A stretch of DNA of 64,000 nt from an uncultured Verrucomicrobiae bacterium (lineage in GTDB: Bacteria; Verrucomicrobiota; Verrucomicrobiia; Opitutales; JABDGR01), in NCBI GenBank assembly GCA_963765205.1, contig CAVXVB010000007.1, positions 1-64,000 on the forward strand. The letters run 5' to 3'. The position numbers and the translations under genes are program-made. A model generated the notes under the pieces. That model was not told the origin of the DNA. It did no database searches and worked only from the letters and a program-made list of their open reading frames with translations. Of the stretch, positions 60,718-64,000 are shown one piece after another. How positions within the stretch are numbered: position 1 is the stretch's first letter; each line of letters starts with the position of its first letter.

Positions 60718-62661
60718 ATGAACTTACCCCGTCCATCTACTTTTCTCTCGTTCGCAGTAGCGCTTTGCCTCGCCTCGCCCGCCTTTGCGCAACCCGCTGG
60801 AACACCATCGAACGTCCCAGCCGTGTCCAACCATTCCCCGACTTTTTTCGGCCCCTCCTCGCAAGCCGTCCTGGTCGGCGCGACCGCCACTTTTTCCGCC
60901 GGCCCCATCGGCCAGAGCGACACTACTTACCAATGGGCCTTCAACGGCCAGCCCCTCGTTGACGGCGGCAACATCTCCGGCGCGAAAGCCAGCAAGCTCA
61001 AGATTGCCAACGCCCAGCCTGCCAACGACGGAGTCTATACCGTTACGATTACTTCGCCCGCCCTCAACGGCCCGCTGCACAGCTCGCCCGCGGTGCTCGC
61101 CGTTTCCTCCCAAACCCTGCCCGCGCAACCCAGCGGCCTTCCCCTGAATATTTTCAGCGTGACCGACTACCACGCCCTCGGCGATGGCGTGGCCGACGAC
61201 ACCGCCGCCATCCAGGTCGCCATCAATGCCGCGCGCGACGCGGGCGGCGGTTTAGTTCTCGTTCCTCCCGGCACGTATCTGTGCGGCCCGCTCACGCTCT
61301 ACGGCAAAATCAATTTTCAAATCGAAGGCACCCTACGCCTCTTCCCGCTCGCCCATTTCGGCGCGCGCGGCGCGGGTGCGGCCATGATCTCCGCCAACAA
61401 TGCCGCCGACCTCGTCATTAGCGGCCACGGTACGATTGACGGCCAGGGCGCGGATTGGTGGGCCGCGTTTCGCAGCGGCAACATCGCCCGCCCCTACCTC
61501 GTCCGCCTCTCCGGCAGCTCACGCGTGCTCCTCGAAGACATCACGCTGAAGAATTCGCCGATGTTTCACGTCGCCTTCAGCGGCAACGGCTCGAACCTCA
61601 CCGCGCTCAACCTCACCATCCAGTCGCCCGCCACCTCCCCCAACACTGATGGCATTGACCCCTCCGGCCAGCATATCTACATCGCGCACTGCAACATCTC
61701 CGTGGGCGACGACAACATCGCCGTCAAAGGCAGCAGCGTCCATTGCGCCGACATCATTGTCACCAACTGCACGTTTGGCGATGGCCACGGCCTCTCCATC
61801 GGCGGGCAGACCAATGCCGGCGTCGAAGACATGGTGGCGACCAATTGCACCTTCACCAACACCACCAGCGGCATTCGTGTGAAGGCAGACCCAACCCAGG
61901 GCGGCCTCGCCCAGAACATCAGCTATTCCAACATGACGATGACGAACGTGCAGTATCCCATTGTCATTTACAGTTATTACATTCGTGTCGGCAACCCCGG
62001 CGTCGCCAGCGGCAACAACTATATCACCCCCACCCGCGTCGCGCAGGACAACGCGAGCATCGCGGCGGACAACGGCTTCGTGAATTTCTTCGTCACGCAG
62101 GCCACTGGCACGGTGCGCAACCGCCAGGCCAACGCCATCCCCGTCTGGCGCAACCTCACCTTCCGCAACATCACCTCGACGGGCGGGCGGGGTTATAACG
62201 TCATCTGGGGCCTGCCGGGCTATCCGGTCGAAAACGTCCTGTTCGACAACGTCCACTTCTCCGGCGAATACGGCTTCGAGATTTACGACGCGGCCAATAT
62301 CCAGTTCACCGGCAACTCCAGCGTCACCACTGCCAAGAGCAAGCCCTTCATCGTCGGTTATCCCGACGGCGATCCTGATGCCAGCCATGTCACCAACTCC
62401 CTCGTCCTCACCGCCGAACCCGCGAGCCAGACCGTGCAACCCGGCGATGCCGTGGAATTCGTCGTCACCGCCGCCGCCTCGCCCGCGCCCACCTACCAAT
62501 GGTTCAAAAACGCCGCGCCCCTTCCCGGCGCGACCAACGCGCAATTAAAAATTGCCAACGCCCAAGCCGCGGACGCCGGCGACTACACCGTCACCGTCAC
62601 CAATTCCGTCGGCGCGGCCACTTCCACCCCGGCAACCCTTACCGTGGGCAAAGGCAAATGA
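60718..62661 (+). CDS. GH28 polygalacturonase-family enzyme flanked by two Ig-like domains
   Basis: Catalytic motifs NTDGID, GDDNIA, GHG and GIRVK. Ig motifs TYQW..DGVYTVTI and TYQWFKN..DAGDYTVTVTN. Confidence 0.88.
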   Translation: MNLPRPSTFLSFAVALCLASPAFAQPAGTPSNVPAVSNHSPTFFGPSSQAVLVGATATFSAGPIGQSDTTYQWAFNGQPLVDGGNISGAKASKLKIANAQPANDGVYTVTITSPALNGPLHSSPAVLAVSSQTLPAQPSGLPLNIFSVTDYHALGDGVADDTAAIQVAINAARDAGGGLVLVPPGTYLCGPLTLYGKINFQIEGTLRLFPLAHFGARGAGAAMISANNAADLVISGHGTIDGQGADWWAAFRSGNIARPYLVRLSGSSRVLLEDITLKNSPMFHVAFSGNGSNLTALNLTIQSPATSPNTDGIDPSGQHIYIAHCNISVGDDNIAVKGSSVHCADIIVTNCTFGDGHGLSIGGQTNAGVEDMVATNCTFTNTTSGIRVKADPTQGGLAQNISYSNMTMTNVQYPIVIYSYYIRVGNPGVASGNNYITPTRVAQDNASIAADNGFVNFFVTQATGTVRNRQANAIPVWRNLTFRNITSTGGRGYNVIWGLPGYPVENVLFDNVHFSGEYGFEIYDAANIQFTGNSSVTTAKSKPFIVGYPDGDPDASHVTNSLVLTAEPASQTVQPGDAVEFVVTAAASPAPTYQWFKNAAPLPGATNAQLKIANAQAADAGDYTVTVTNSVGAATSTPATLTVGKGK

Positions 62662-62709
62662 GATGAGGCAGCAGCAGATGCCATATGAGCTTGGAGAACT
62701 TCAAGCAAT

Positions 62710-63042
62710 TTAAAGAATCTCCAGAAAATTCAATTGAGCATTTCGCTCCAATTCCAACAATAAATCCGCATTTTTCCGCAACAGAGCCTCAACTTCGGGC
62801 GTGGTGGCATTGCCGCATCGAAGCCAGATGAGTTTTGGCGGAGACCCCTATAACCGGCTGCGTTCGGCGAAATCCGCGTCTTGGGAAACCACGGTGAAGC
62901 CGTGTTCCTTGGCATAATTCCAGATTTGCCCATCGTCAGCCTGATCCAACCCCAGCAATCGCACATGCGACGACGCGGGAAATAAATCCACCAGCCGTTT
63001 GACAAGCAAGTGGCTGAGGTTTTGATCAAACAAAAGTTTCAC
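62710..63042 (-). pseudogene. DUF5615 (VapC45-like PIN) toxin with an in-frame amber stop at 62848-62850
   Basis: KLLFDQNLS..DGQIWNYAK..VSQDADF..SRL* is followed in the same frame by GSPPKLIWLRCGNATT, ending at TAA 62710. Confidence 0.8.
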
Positions 63043-63263
63043 GATGACGTGCTGACGAGATGGTGCTCGCGGTCGGCGGCATAGGCCAGCGCCGCGCGAA
63101 TATCCTCCACCGTCAATTCCGGAAAGTCGTGCATGATTTGCTCGTTGCTCATGCCGGCGGCCAGCCAGCCCAGAATATCATAAACGCTGATCCGCATCCC
63201 GCGGATGCACGGTCGGCCCCCGCGCTTGCCAGCTTCAATAGTGATGATATCGCGGTAGTTCAT
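63039..63263 (-). CDS. DUF433 (VapB45-like) antitoxin
   Basis: ITIEAGKRGGRPCIRGMRISVYDIL..GMS..DFPELTVEDIRAAL; 4-bp overlap with the toxin gene. Confidence 0.9.
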   Translation of the reverse strand: MNYRDIITIEAGKRGGRPCIRGMRISVYDILGWLAAGMSNEQIMHDFPELTVEDIRAALAYAADREHHLVSTSS

Positions 63264-63486
63264 GGCTCTAGAACCTATCTCAAATTCGATTTTATGCAGA
63301 AATTTGACCCATTTTTATGGATCCTGGAAAGCGGCTTCCCTCTAGCGCGTTATCCGAGGTTGGTAGAAAATGGGTAGATTTTTGCTTGTTCGTCAAATTT
63401 GAGATAGGTTCTAATCTAATCAAATTCAAACTAAGCTCAACACCAATTCGGCGCTCTGACACGAGTCTGTCGCCTCGGCCATGTCC

Positions 63487-63858
63487 TCACGCATTTTGCC
63501 CGTCCATTTCATCCGGCTGTGCAGGACGGACATGCTTTCTTGATCCTTCATCACAGGCGCCAAATTCCATATAATTTTTCCGCGCTTGCTCAAGACTGAG
63601 CAAACCATTGGGGCCGCCGCGCACAGTCTTGGCATCCTGTTCGGCTTGCCCGTCATCTTCCCAAAAGCATACCGGGCATATTTCGAACCCGCCACGTTGG
63701 GACAGCGTTAAAAACTTGCAGCATGGACAGGCGTAGCGAATGCCAGTTTTTGCCTCTCTGTATACTGAATTTTCCTCGAGTTGTTTGCAATAGGCCTCAA
63801 ACCAACGCCGTCGCTGGCCAAGCTCTTTCGGCGAGGGATTGAGATCGTCTGTTTGCAT
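63487..63858 (-). CDS. CPCC-family cysteine-rich protein
   Basis: YACPCCKFLTL..GGFEICPVCFWEDDG..GGPNG.LSLEQARKNY..FGAC; low GC. Confidence 0.8.
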   Translation of the reverse strand: MQTDDLNPSPKELGQRRRWFEAYCKQLEENSVYREAKTGIRYACPCCKFLTLSQRGGFEICPVCFWEDDGQAEQDAKTVRGGPNGLLSLEQARKNYMEFGACDEGSRKHVRPAQPDEMDGQNA

Positions 63859-64000
63859 ATACAATCGCTTCGGAACGTTTAAGCGAACCCGGCATGAATG
63901 CATTCCATCGCATGCCCACCCTATTCACAAGGCTGAAAACCGCTTCGGTCGGACAGTCGCGTTTGCCCATTCCATATTTGCCTCACAAACTCTCCAAATC

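Noticed and set aside
63859..64000. Polymorphic toxin gene upstream of the CPCC protein
   Set aside because: Too little sequence remains in the window and no frame shows a recognisable toxin motif.

Overview
The window appears to join two unrelated genomes at about position 5987. Bases 1-5986 are a frameshift-riddled, very GC-rich segment with the order alaS-ruvX-aroE-pilB and the first seven codons of a probable pilT; the gene order suggests an Actinomycetota-like source, which is an inference. Bases 5987-64000 look like a verrucomicrobial (Opitutales-like) chromosome with only a few probable homopolymer indels. Core and metabolic genes there include a sugar ABC transporter, pssA, dnaN, ilvB, a cystathionine gamma-synthase-like gene, cysC-cysD-cysN, folC, PL4 and GH28 pectin enzymes, a sulfatase and a sulfotransferase. 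Defence and toxin-antitoxin loci include a low-GC Dcm/GHKL-ATPase-nuclease/Vsr island and several toxin-antitoxin genes or remnants. The best candidate for an undescribed system is a membrane-anchored ECF sigma factor whose extracytoplasmic C-terminal domain also occurs as three stand-alone exported proteins, two directly upstream of it and one next to dnaN. Other notable signals are four large membrane-anchored W-x3-DP helical-repeat proteins in two tandem pairs, and a dispersed family of 7-mer and 9-mer periodic inverted-repeat elements, many sitting just before start codons. There are also two promoter-plus-terminator units without ORFs that may be small RNAs. I saw no rRNA, tRNA or CRISPR array. 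All calls come from reading the sequence by eye; no database searches were run.
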